Shown: piece by piece, positions 38,144-47,644 of the stretch
Layout of the letters: every line of letters starts with the position of its first letter
Numbering within the stretch: the stretch's first letter is position 1
Assembly (NCBI GenBank): GCA_963674755.2
Contig: CAXXVS010000003.1
Coordinates: 1,120,001 to 1,184,000, forward strand
Source of the DNA: Desulfobacterales bacterium
GTDB lineage: Bacteria > Desulfobacterota > Desulfobacteria > Desulfobacterales > UBA5852
Reading direction: 5' to 3'
Length of the DNA stretch: 64,000 nucleotides
The notes under the pieces: generated by a model
Told to the model about the DNA's origin: nothing
Seen by the model: only the letters and a program-made list of their open reading frames with translations
Databases searched by the model: none
Translations under genes and position numbers: made by a program

Positions 38144-39389
38144 CGACCTGAAACCGGACCGATTGAACACCTTTATCGCAGACGCCCATCGGGCTGCCGC
38201 ATGCTTTCGCGAGCATGTCGGCCGATCCCGGGCTTCGGCGACCGTCGTTCACCATAACGACGCCGACGGCATCGCGGCTGCGGCCGCCCTGGCCTACACC
38301 TTCCGCAAGCTCCATGTGGACGCCCGATTGCTCCCCATCGAGAAGGTGCATGGGCCGGTAGTGGAGGCCATCCATGCCGGGACGAAGGGGCCTATTTTAT
38401 ATGCCGATCTGGGAGGACAGTCCTGCCAGTTGATCGACCGGTATACCACCGACGGCCAGCAGGTGATCATTCTGGACCACCATCTGCCGGGCACGGATCT
38501 TGCCAGCCGTATCTTTCATCTGAACCCCGAACACCAGGGCATCAGCGGTGACAGCGAGGCCTCGGGAGCTGCGGTTTGCGCGTTTTTCGCGGCGGAACTG
38601 CTCAAGGAAACCGCCTCCGGGGCACAGGGGCCGGATGCGCTGCCGGCCCTGATGGGGGTGATCGGGGCGGTCGGAGACGGCCAGATGAGATCGGGAGCCT
38701 TGGCGGGGCTGAACCGCCTGCTGCTTGAAATCGCCCTCCAAAAAGGTGAAGTCGCTCTTGGTCCGAAGGGATATGCGGCGACATCCCGTTACGGAAACAA
38801 ATCCCTAAACGAGATCGTGGAGGTACTAAATCTCCTCGGATCCGTTGGATTTTATGCCGGGCATGCCCAGACCGGCGTCGACTACCTGCTTGGGATAGAA
38901 TCGCAGAAGGCGCTTCGCATTGCCAAAAAGCTTGGCGTGCTGAAGACATCCTATTTTGAAAAGGAAGCCGAGGTCATTGGTCGCAACGGCCTCTCGGCCT
39001 CCGCCCATCTGCAGTGGGTCGATCTGAAGGGGCGTTTCGTGCCCATGGGGGTCAAGGCCATCGGCCTTTTTCTGGAATGGCTGGCCGAACAGGAACCGGC
39101 CGCCCCGGACAAATATCTCATCGGGTTCCAGCACCTGCCTGCTGAAATGCCGGGGATCGGCGTCATCGAGGGCAATTTGACCAAAATATCCGCCCGGGTG
39201 CCCCGCCCCTTGCGGGAGCGGATTCTGGCAGGGCAGTTCCCGGATTTGATGACCCTCATCCCCCAGGCCACGGAGCGCGTGGGGGGCGTTGCGGACGGCT
39301 GCCACCGCTTTGCCGCGGCCTCTTTGATCGAACAGGGCCGGGAAAAAGCGTTTCGGCAGGCCCTGGAGGATATCTTGTCCCAAACGTGA
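38133..39389 (+). CDS. DHH family phosphoesterase (RecJ/archaeal-like)
   Basis: HHNDADG, ADLG, ILDHH, HLNP, GAVGD, ISAR, DGCH; 11-bp overlap with the ATPase gene. Confidence 0.85.
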   Translation: MRHDDLKPDRLNTFIADAHRAAACFREHVGRSRASATVVHHNDADGIAAAAALAYTFRKLHVDARLLPIEKVHGPVVEAIHAGTKGPILYADLGGQSCQLIDRYTTDGQQVIILDHHLPGTDLASRIFHLNPEHQGISGDSEASGAAVCAFFAAELLKETASGAQGPDALPALMGVIGAVGDGQMRSGALAGLNRLLLEIALQKGEVALGPKGYAATSRYGNKSLNEIVEVLNLLGSVGFYAGHAQTGVDYLLGIESQKALRIAKKLGVLKTSYFEKEAEVIGRNGLSASAHLQWVDLKGRFVPMGVKAIGLFLEWLAEQEPAAPDKYLIGFQHLPAEMPGIGVIEGNLTKISARVPRPLRERILAGQFPDLMTLIPQATERVGGVADGCHRFAAASLIEQGREKAFRQALEDILSQT

Positions 39390-39543
39390 TAGACCGCCGC
39401 ACCTCACGTCAATTTCGGAACAGTAACATTCCAAAGGTGGGCCGATGTCCGGAAGCGGGCGCTATCCCCGAGGCTTATCGCTCAATTGATCGCCTATTGC
39501 ACGCTGGGTGTTGTCGGGGGGCAAGAGGTGGCCGGGGTGCGGT

Positions 39544-39837
39544 TTAGTGGATCTGGCAGCCTTCCGGTGTTTCACATTCCGGCCATAGGCGTTGGGGAAC
39601 GAAAGCCCGGATCTCGGCATGTCCGGTAGTGGTGAGAAACAGTCTCTGGTGCGCAGCTTCCTCCCGCAGAAAGCCCTTTTCCACCAGGGAATGAATGCTG
39701 GCGGTAATCTTGTCACCGGGGAGATCGGCATAGGTGCGGTAGATGACCCCGGTGTCCACCGGCCGGCAGGGGTCGCCTGCCACCAGCAGTTCGCACATCC
39801 GGTAGAGAATATTTTTGTCCAGATTCTGTAATTCCAT
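39544..39837 (-). CDS. Small hypothetical protein, winged-helix-like
   Basis: SIHSLVEKGFL...LFLTTTG pattern; start uncertain (39903 possible). Confidence 0.55.
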   Translation of the reverse strand: MELQNLDKNILYRMCELLVAGDPCRPVDTGVIYRTYADLPGDKITASIHSLVEKGFLREEAAHQRLFLTTTGHAEIRAFVPQRLWPECETPEGCQIH

Positions 39838-39917
39838 CGGTTGTTCCCCATCTTCATGCGGTTCAAAAGAAACCACCAGGGGATTGTCGTAAGGATCAAA
39901 CACCAGGTGGCAAGTTC

Positions 39918-40292
39918 TTATTGCCTGATCCAGGCCTGGGCGCGATCGGCTTCCCGGCGGTCGAAATACTTTACGTTAGCCGCTGTAAAGGGTTTGAGGA
40001 AGGCGGTCATGCCTTTTTCCCATCCGGCATCCCCCACCACGGCCAGCCGTTCGATGTCGCTGAAGTGCCGCGCCGCAAACTTGGTGTCCTCCCACAGGGC
40101 GCCGGCGGTCCAGCCCTTGAAATCGCGCAGTTCGACCAGCAGGCGGATCTTGGCCCCCCCCTTCATGAACCCCTCGAGTTCGGGGACGAACAGCTCGTAG
40201 TCTTCTTTTTCGAGCTTGCCTTTGAAGACGAGGGTCACGATATCCCCCACCGATGATGTCTCCACCTGGATTTCGTCAAAACCGAGGGTCAT
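39918..40292 (-). CDS. STAS/SEC14 (SpoIIAA-like) domain protein
   Basis: GKLEKEDY, RLLVELRDFKGW..GALWED, ERLAVVGD..WE, A.AW. Confidence 0.88.
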   Translation of the reverse strand: MTLGFDEIQVETSSVGDIVTLVFKGKLEKEDYELFVPELEGFMKGGAKIRLLVELRDFKGWTAGALWEDTKFAARHFSDIERLAVVGDAGWEKGMTAFLKPFTAANVKYFDRREADRAQAWIRQ

Positions 40293-40309
40293 GGGTATCC
40301 TTTTCTTTT

Positions 40310-40516
40310 CTATCGCGATTCCCCGATGTTGCAGCGATCGTTGAGATGCACACGGTAGAAATACCCCGCCAGTACCAGCATGGGGACGGCGGCCAATAAG
40401 CCGATCACCGGCAGGACGGTAATGCCGATGACACTAAAGCCGATACCGCCCAGCAGGAGGATTGTTGCAAGAAGCAGTTTGGAAAAGCGTTCCGGCATGC
40501 ATGCCTTGGATTGCAT
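40310..40516 (-). CDS. Small membrane protein
   Basis: Two TM helices (GITVLPVIGL), flanking Cys residues; GGAGG RBS. Confidence 0.7.
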   Translation of the reverse strand: MQSKACMPERFSKLLLATILLLGGIGFSVIGITVLPVIGLLAAVPMLVLAGYFYRVHLNDRCNIGESR

Positions 40517-40655
40517 AATCAGCCTCCATTGAGTGGAAGGTCATACTGCTTGGGTTCATCTTAAGCGCCCCCAACGCAAAGAAGGGTGCGGACCGCCTCC
40601 GCGGTGGGCGCAACACCCCTCGTCGATGGCAAATTGCCGATGATCAGAACGGACC

Positions 40656-40814
40656 TTATTGGGGCAGGCGCCGGGCAAAGGCCTTGGCCTCGTCCGGGGC
40701 CAAGCGCCGCATGTTTTCTCCACAGCATACCAGGTCCCCCACGCCCCCTTCCAATACGAAGACGACATTGCCGCATGCCTCGCACCTGTAAATCTCGTTT
40801 GGGGCAGCCCCCAT
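40656..40814 (-). CDS. Desulforedoxin-type Fe(Cys)4 protein, 52 aa (absent from ORF track)
   Basis: [52 protein letters not shown]; CxxC...CC; GAGGAGG RBS. Confidence 0.92.
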   Translation of the reverse strand: MGAAPNEIYRCEACGNVVFVLEGGVGDLVCCGENMRRLAPDEAKAFARRLPQ

Positions 40815-41252
40815 GGTCGTTCCTCCTCAAATCGGTCCGGTTCGCATCCCAACACCATCGACGAGCTTGAAGCGGGGTGCGACCTCACGTTCGTTTCCAT
40901 TTCCAAAGATAATGATTGATGGCGGAAGCACAATAAGGGAATCCATGTATCCCCGGCGACTCAGTTGCGTATGTGGGGGACCCTGGTGGAAGTTCCCGTG
41001 GACCCATCCCCTGCGCGATGGGTCGGAAGACGCGCTATCGTTGCCTATCAACGGCGGCGAGAATGGCGGCTCTCTGCGGATTGGCGCATTTAGCCTGGCC
41101 TATAAATAAGGCCGGCCGCCATTACGATCCCGGTAAAACGGCGCGTTTGGCCGCCCGTTATCACCCTTTAGCGTTTGAAAGTCATGCGCGTGGGATCGGA
41201 CGCATTTGCCGGCGGCGTCCGGCGTGCCTATGGTCCGCCTATGAATTCGAAT

Positions 41253-41560
41253 GGCCGATGACGCGGCGCCTCGTGCCGCCGTGCGGCGTTGTCAGGCTAA
41301 CTCGGGTGCTCACAATCTGAAGATTGCTGCGCGCCTCGTTTCACCTGACGCCTTGCCCGGCAGCACGATGCTTGCGCCATCAACCGATTGAAGCGGCCGG
41401 AGCGCGCGGAAACTCACTTCGCTCAGACCCGCCTGCGGCAAACCTTCGGCGGACAGGCAATCCGCACGCTTTAATCCGTCCGCCCCGCCGATGCTCGGCG
41501 CGGGACAAAGGGGAATTGAAAACCAAACCACAAAAACCACTTGGCGGCCTTCAAACCGCC
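41253..41560 (+). repeat. Structured repeat family A, copy 4 (5'-truncated)
   Basis: Internal module plus gatgctcggcgcgggacaaaggg end. Confidence 0.88.
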
Positions 41561-41587
41561 CTAACCCCAGCAAGAGGGAGAATGACG

Positions 41588-42148
41588 ATGAAATCGATGC
41601 GAAGCATACGGATAAACGGTGGGCTCGTTTTATTGGCGGTTTTAGCTGCCCTGGCGGTCACGACTGCCGGTGCGGATGAGATGACGGACGGCAACAAGGT
41701 GGACCGCGCCGTGGCCGTGCTGCATCCCACCGAGGGCAACCGGGTCACCGGTACGGTGGTCTTTACCCAGGTCGGGGACAAGGTGCGGATTGAAGGTGCG
41801 GTCGAGAACCTGACCCCGGGCAAACACGGTTTCCATATTCACGAATGGGGCGATTGCAGTGCGCCGGACGGCTCATCCGCCGGGGGCCACTACAATCCGG
41901 ACAACAACCCGCACGCCGGTCCCGATCAGATGAAACGGCACATGGGCGATCTGGGCAATCTGGACGCCAATCCCATGGGCGAGGCGGACTATGAAAGGGA
42001 CGACGGGTATGTGGCCCTAAACGGACCGCATTCGATCATCGGACATGCGATCATCGTCCACGCCGGCCAGGACGACCTGACCTCCCAGCCCACGGGGAAT
42101 GCCGGCGGCCGGGTGGCCTGCGGCGTGATCGGGATTTCCCATGAATAA
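41588..42148 (+). CDS. sodC: Cu/Zn superoxide dismutase, exported
   Basis: Signal peptide; HGFHIHEWGDC, GGHYNP, RHMGDLGN, IVH, GNAGGRVACGVI; the track N-terminus is repeat-derived. Confidence 0.93.
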   Translation: MKSMRSIRINGGLVLLAVLAALAVTTAGADEMTDGNKVDRAVAVLHPTEGNRVTGTVVFTQVGDKVRIEGAVENLTPGKHGFHIHEWGDCSAPDGSSAGGHYNPDNNPHAGPDQMKRHMGDLGNLDANPMGEADYERDDGYVALNGPHSIIGHAIIVHAGQDDLTSQPTGNAGGRVACGVIGISHE

Positions 42149-42325
42149 AGGGCTTGCCAGGCGGTCAATTCGCCGCCGGACCGCCAGCGTGCCCCTGTTA
42201 GGCCGGCCCGATACCCCTTGCCGGAAGCGACCCGATGCGGCGCAAGCGGTTGAAGGCGGCCGGCTGCACAACCAGCGCAATCGTTTCCGGCAGCGTCACG
42301 GCGCGCTGCACGGCCGTGGACCGCC

Positions 42326-43324
42326 CTAGCTTGTCAGTCGCACGAGCGCCCGCACCATCTGGGAGGTATAGCCCCATTCGTTGTCGTACCAGCTCAGCAC
42401 TTTCACCAGATCGCCGTCCACGACGGTCGTCATGGTCAGGTCGACGATGGTGGCGCGGGGATCCCGGACCACGTCGGCGGAGACCAGCGGATCGTCGGTG
42501 GCGCCCAGGATACCGCGGTAGCGGTCGGATTGCGCGGCTTCGCGAAAGGCCGCGTTGACGGCGTCGACCGTGGTGGCGGCACGGGTCACGAAGACGATAT
42601 CGGCCAGCGAGCCGGACGGAACAGGGCCGCGCACGGCAATCCCGTCGAAGCGCCCTGCCAGGTCGGGCAGAATCCGGGTGGTGGCTCGGGCGGCCCCGGT
42701 GGAGGTGGGTACGAAGCTCACGGCCGCAGCCCGTCCCCGCCGCCATTTGTTGCGGGGACCGTCCACGAGAGCCTGGCTGGCGGTATAGGCGTGAATCGTG
42801 GTCAGGATGGCTTTGCGCACGCCGGCGTGCCGTTCCAGCACCTCGACCACGGGGGTGATGCAGTTGGTCGTGCAACTGGCGCAGGAGATCATGGTCGACC
42901 CGGCCGGCGGGGTATTGACGCCATAGACCACCATGGGGATGGTGTCGTCCTTGGCCGGTGCCGAAAGGACCACCCGCTTGGCGCCGGCATCCAGGTGGTG
43001 CTGCAGGCTTTTCGCGTCGCGGAAAACGCCGGTGCATTCCAGCACGGCATCGATCCCCAATTCCTTCCAGGGCAGTTGGGCAGGATTTTTCTCGTGGTAG
43101 ACCGGGATACGCTTTTCACCGAGGCGCAATTCCTGGGAACCGGCCTCGGCCGGCGGCAGGTGCCGACCGTGGACGGAATCATAGTTGATCAGATAGGCCA
43201 GGTTGTCGACGGCGATCAAGTCGTTGAGGGCGGCTATCTCGAGTTCGGGCGTGTCCAGAATGATCTTGAAGGCCGCCCGTCCGATGCGGCCCATGCCGTT
43301 GATGGCGATCTTGGGCTTAGGCAT
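42326..43324 (-). CDS. gap: Glyceraldehyde-3-phosphate dehydrogenase, type I
   Basis: INGMGRIGR, ASCTTNC, TIHAYT, STGAA, WYDNEWGY. Confidence 0.96.
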   Translation of the reverse strand: MPKPKIAINGMGRIGRAAFKIILDTPELEIAALNDLIAVDNLAYLINYDSVHGRHLPPAEAGSQELRLGEKRIPVYHEKNPAQLPWKELGIDAVLECTGVFRDAKSLQHHLDAGAKRVVLSAPAKDDTIPMVVYGVNTPPAGSTMISCASCTTNCITPVVEVLERHAGVRKAILTTIHAYTASQALVDGPRNKWRRGRAAAVSFVPTSTGAARATTRILPDLAGRFDGIAVRGPVPSGSLADIVFVTRAATTVDAVNAAFREAAQSDRYRGILGATDDPLVSADVVRDPRATIVDLTMTTVVDGDLVKVLSWYDNEWGYTSQMVRALVRLTS

Positions 43325-43719
43325 ATGTCTTCCTCCCTTATGGTATGAGCGGCTGTTTCGCCGCAGGGCACCGCAACTTGTGCACCCGGCTCCGACTATA
43401 GGGGCTTTGCATTAAGGGGGGAAATAGGGCTATGGCCCCATTGGACGATCGCGCCGGGCGTATTCCACCTCTTCCACAGCGCGTTCGTACACGGACGAAG
43501 TCTCTATGGTGTCTTGCGGATTCCGGGCGGCGGCCCCCTCCCGTCGACACGGATTGCAGACAGATCGGCCGGGCGCCATTGCCCTGTCTCCCGGAAAGAT
43601 GCACTGCTTTTTCGCGCGCGATAGATACGGCTTTGCAACCTTCCATATAGATTGCGGACCCTATTTTATCGCCCCATGATGTGCGGGAAAATGACATCAT
43701 CCGCCGTGATTCTGTCGGC

Positions 43720-43863
43720 CGTACCCTGAGCCGCGACACCATCAGGGCGGCGTCCCGGGCCGCGGTCCGGGACGCCCACCCACTGGAGAAAAACACCTAC
43801 AAACTACCCCTCTTCCGCGGGGTTATCGAAGAAGAACTGCACAAGCTGTTCCGCCGGTCGTGA
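43720..43863 (+). pseudogene. C-terminal remnant of a xanthine-dehydrogenase-family FAD subunit
   Basis: TIRAASRAAVRDAHPLEKNTYKLPLFRGVIEEEL resembles the A.PL..N.YK end of YagS/PaoB-type subunits; no upstream domain. Confidence 0.55.
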
Positions 43864-43888
43864 GGCCGGAAAGCGGGGATGATAACCC

Positions 43889-44329
43889 TTGAAGGATCGA
43901 TCGATGACGCCACGGCCGAAATCTCTCTTTGGCAAGGGTGGCGCGTCCCGGAATCCCTCCGCGATGGTGCTCGTTTGCACCGTGGTGTTGGTGGTGGATA
44001 TGCTCCTGCTGAGCACCCTGCCGTCCCATAACCGCCCCACGGACGCCGGGCATGTCCAACCCGGAGACCGCCTCCGGGGTTGGGAGGCGACGGCGCCGGC
44101 CGCAGCGGTTCGGACGCCGCTCGATACGGCCATGGGGCTGTCCCCCGACCGCGAAACGTTAACCCTCTATTACGATATGGTCCGGTTTTGGGGCTTGAAC
44201 ATCGAAATCGGCAAGGTTGGCCAAGTCTCCTTTGCGGAGGATTTTCCGTTCACCGCCGCACCGGCCGGGTTGGTCCAAAACATAGCGGTATTTTCCCCCG
44301 AAAAGGACATGTCCGCCCTGAGCCCCTGA
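43889..44329 (+). CDS. Hypothetical protein, possibly a fragment
   Basis: ORF with one hydrophobic segment; no family recognised. Confidence 0.3.
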   Translation: MKDRSMTPRPKSLFGKGGASRNPSAMVLVCTVVLVVDMLLLSTLPSHNRPTDAGHVQPGDRLRGWEATAPAAAVRTPLDTAMGLSPDRETLTLYYDMVRFWGLNIEIGKVGQVSFAEDFPFTAAPAGLVQNIAVFSPEKDMSALSP

Positions 44330-44501
44330 CGATCCGCGGCCTTTTGCCCGCCTGAATGGATATTCAGCCTTTAGCGCATCGCAATAAGGTTTTGCCCCTA
44401 TATACGATCGACCGTGCCTGATTACCTTGAGAGGGAAGCGGGACCGTTCGGCGCGTCGTAGGATGGGCCCGTACCAGAGACCCCAGGAAGGAGGGTGAGT
44501 C

Positions 44502-45491
44502 ATGATCTTAGCAGGCGATATGGGCGGCACCAAAACCAACCTGGCCTTATTCGAAAGCGGCCGCGACCGGCCCAGGACGGTGGATATCAAGCGGTTTGCG
44601 ACAGCGGCCTACCCGGACCCGGGCGCCATGATCGAAGACTTCCTGGGGCAACATCCGGGCCAGACCGTCACCTCCGCCTGTCTGGCCGTGGCGGGACCGG
44701 TTGTGGACGGCCGGTCGCATTTGACCAATGTGTCCTGGGCGCTTTCCCAGGAGGATCTGGCCCGGCGCTTCGGCTGGCGGCGCTGCCTGCTGCGCAATGA
44801 CCTGGAGGCCACCATTCAGGCGATTCCGCTGCTCAAAAACTCGGAGACCGCTTCGCTGCACGATGCCCGGCCGGCCCCTCACAGCACCCTGGGCGTCCTG
44901 GCGCCCGGCACCGGCTTGGGCGCGGCCCTGGCCCTGAAGCGCAACGGCGACATCATTGCCCTGGCCTCCGAAGCCGGCCACGGCGATTTTACGCCCCTGG
45001 ACGAAGACGGCCTGTCCCTGTGGCGCTATCTGGCCGCCCGCGAAAAGCCCGTATGTCTCGAGCATATCCTCTCGGGCCCCGGGCTCCATCGCCTCTACGA
45101 ATGGCGCCGTGCGATGGGCGACGTCCATCCCGACCCCGCCACCGCCAAGGCCATCGAAGAGAGCCAAGACCCCTCCGCCCGCATATCGTCATTGGCGCTG
45201 CAGGGAGAAGACCCCGTGTGCGCCAAGGCCCTGACCTATTTCGTGCGCTATCTGGGGGCCGCCGCCGGCAACCTGGCCCTGACGGCCATGACGCGGGGCG
45301 GTATCTACCTGGCCGGCGGCATCGCACCCAAAATCCTGCCCAAACTCCAGGGCGATCTTTTCGAAGACGCCTTTTGCGACAAGGCCGCTTTCGGCGACCT
45401 GCTGAAGACGATCCCGGTCGAGGTGATCCTGACCGACAAAGCGCCGCTGCTGGGCGCGGCCTGGACGGCGCTGGCCGCTGAAAACGACTAA
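44502..45491 (+). CDS. glk: Glucokinase
   Basis: LAGDMGGTKT, VAGPV, LTN, NDLEA, PGTGLG, SEAGH, GIYLAGGI. Confidence 0.95.
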   Translation: MILAGDMGGTKTNLALFESGRDRPRTVDIKRFATAAYPDPGAMIEDFLGQHPGQTVTSACLAVAGPVVDGRSHLTNVSWALSQEDLARRFGWRRCLLRNDLEATIQAIPLLKNSETASLHDARPAPHSTLGVLAPGTGLGAALALKRNGDIIALASEAGHGDFTPLDEDGLSLWRYLAAREKPVCLEHILSGPGLHRLYEWRRAMGDVHPDPATAKAIEESQDPSARISSLALQGEDPVCAKALTYFVRYLGAAAGNLALTAMTRGGIYLAGGIAPKILPKLQGDLFEDAFCDKAAFGDLLKTIPVEVILTDKAPLLGAAWTALAAEND

Positions 45492-45795
45492 GCCCCCTAA
45501 CTCGTGCTCCGTGTAAAGATCCCGCGATCGAAGCATTGGCAAGTCCGCCAGGTCGGGGTGCGGCCCGGAGTCCGCAAGGGCTGCGCTTCCCGCGAGGAGA
45601 TGTCCATGTTTGGCCGTAAATTCGACCTGTTCCGTTTACTGTTTTGAAGTCGGTAGCGATCCGGGTTACAGGTCTTCGGGGGGGGCGATGCAGGATATCC
45701 TGTATGGGGAGGAGGCGTGAGGTGTGGTAGCCAAAAGACACTTTACCGCAATTGTGTATGGCGGCTGACATCCGGCCGCACGAAAGGAGGTCACC

Positions 45796-46236
45796 ATGGC
45801 CGTTTTGGAGAGGATCGACGACAAACGCTATGCACCGCGCCTTGAAACCATGGCCGCTTTGACTTACTTCCCGTTTTCTTCCCGCAAAGTCCCGTCGCGC
45901 ACCGCGCGTATTCTCAATTGCAGTCGAGGCGGTATCAGCTTCCTGGCAAACCACGCCCTTAAACCCGGACAAACCATCTGCCTGCAGACGCAAATCAGTC
46001 CGCAGGGCAGCGTTGCGGCGCAGCAGGCCGGCGCGTTGCTGAAATCGTTTGCCCTGGCCGAAGTGCGTTGGTGTGTGAAAGTGGTTGGCGGTCGGGAACG
46101 CTACCGCATCGGGGTGTGCTATCTCCAGTCGCGAGGCTCGGCCAAGGTATCGCCGCCGGGCCACTCCGTCGCCACAAGTGTTGGTGGGCCTTTTGTCGCG
46201 GCATCCCAACCGGCAACCGCTCTCAAACGGCCTTGA
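45796..46236 (+). CDS. PilZ domain protein
   Basis: KRYAPR (RxxxR) and NCSRGG (D/NxSxxG) motifs; AGGAGG RBS. Confidence 0.8.
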   Translation: MAVLERIDDKRYAPRLETMAALTYFPFSSRKVPSRTARILNCSRGGISFLANHALKPGQTICLQTQISPQGSVAAQQAGALLKSFALAEVRWCVKVVGGRERYRIGVCYLQSRGSAKVSPPGHSVATSVGGPFVAASQPATALKRP

Positions 46237-46374
46237 GCGGCCCCTATATGGGGATCACTCGTCGGCCCAGGCTCCCTGTCACGCGGTTGGCCGCGGGACG
46301 GACGCGGCCGCGCGCAACCGGACGGAAGGGAATTTTCCGGAGGTGGCTGGCGCGGCCGGAGATGGCGGTCGGAT

Positions 46375-46605
46375 TTATTCGATAATTTCGAGGGAGGTCC
46401 GCAGTTTGCGCGAACCGGAGGCCGCCTGGAGGATTGTTCGGAGGGCCTGGGCCGTACGGCCTTTGCGGCCGATCACTTTACCGATGTCCGTTTTGGCCAC
46501 ACGCACCTCCAGAACAGCGGATTGAGTTCCATTGACCTGCGTGACCGTGACCAATTCCGGGTCGTCGACCAGTTCCCGTACCATCGCTTCAATCAATTCT
46601 TTCAT
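46375..46605 (-). CDS. khpA: KH-domain RNA-binding protein, KhpA family
   Basis: MKELIEAMVRELVD...DIGKVIGRKGRTAQALR; GAGGAG RBS. Confidence 0.9.
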   Translation of the reverse strand: MKELIEAMVRELVDDPELVTVTQVNGTQSAVLEVRVAKTDIGKVIGRKGRTAQALRTILQAASGSRKLRTSLEIIE

Positions 46606-46858
46606 TTTCTGCATCTCCTCTGTCGCATTGTCATCGGGTCGCATGCCGTTCAACAGCGGTTGGAGGAAGGGCAAACACCGCTCCGCGTAAGCTGCCGATC
46701 CATCCTGGATTATGCTCTGTCAAATTTGCCCGATTTTTGCAGCGGAAACCATGGGGTAAAGACCATATTATCGGATTCGTTTTATGGTACGGCTGTCTTC
46801 TACTTGCCTGGGGTGGCCGGGGGGAAGGGCTCAATCCGGCAATCCGGATGAAGCCGGT

Positions 46859-46906
46859 CGGGATGCGGGGCGCGGGATACGGGTTACGGGATCCGGATAC
46901 GGGATA
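46859..46906. repeat. Heptamer tandem repeat (cgggatN-like, about 7 units)
   Basis: cgggatg cggggcg cgggata cgggtta cgggatc cggata cgggata. Confidence 0.7.
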
Positions 46907-47149
46907 CCATTCGATGGGCGTGCGATGGGGTACCCTTTCCGGGGCGGCCGACATCATACAGGTTCCCTGGGCGTCAACCACCCCCTGGACCGTATTCATA
47001 GCGCCCCATGGCGTTCTTAGATTCTTACAGCAGACAAGTTAGGACGGTTGGGCGTCATCTTGCCGACCGCCCCACCGACCGTAAAGCGCTTCCAATGGCA
47101 CATCCAGTCGCAAAGGGTACCCCCTAAAATGGATCAGAGGCGAGAAGCC

Positions 47150-47614
47150 ATGCAGGTTCGCGATGTGATGACCCATGCGGTGGACTTCATCGCCGCCGGC
47201 AAGACCGTGCGGGAGGCGGCCCGCAAGATGCAGCGCCTGGGCATGACCGGCTTGACAGTGGTCGCGAACCGTGAGGCGATCGGGATGATTACCGATCGCG
47301 ATATCGTGCTGCGGGTGGTGGCCCCGGGTCTCGATCCCGGCGATACGGCTGTCGCTGCCGTTATGACCCCGGGCCTGGTGGTTTGCCGGGAAGAGGACAG
47401 CCTGGGCATTGCGGCCCGCATGATGGCGCGCAGCCATCTGTACCGGCTAGTGGTTATCAACCGCAGGGGCGAACTCTCGGGGATCGTTTCCATCGGGGCA
47501 CTCTGGCCGGGCAATGACATCGAAGGTATCGATCCGGTTTCTGCAGGCCACCCCGGTCTGAGCCCCTCTTACCAAAAGGCCATGTCCCTGTCCGGGCCGC
47601 CGAACGTGCATTGA
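47150..47614 (+). CDS. CBS domain pair protein
   Basis: MQVRDVMT, GMITDRDIVLR, VMT, GIVSIG. Confidence 0.9.
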   Translation: MQVRDVMTHAVDFIAAGKTVREAARKMQRLGMTGLTVVANREAIGMITDRDIVLRVVAPGLDPGDTAVAAVMTPGLVVCREEDSLGIAARMMARSHLYRLVVINRRGELSGIVSIGALWPGNDIEGIDPVSAGHPGLSPSYQKAMSLSGPPNVH

Positions 47615-47644
47615 CATCCATCATCAAACCGGCGAAAGAAGACT

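Noticed and set aside
40827..40946. 39-aa ORF upstream of desulforedoxin
   Set aside because: Weak RBS and no recognisable motif; cannot be supported.
47611..47627. FNR-like box (ttgac-atcc-atcat) before the APH-AAA gene
   Set aside because: Two mismatches, overlaps the upstream stop codon, and no second instance was found in the cluster.
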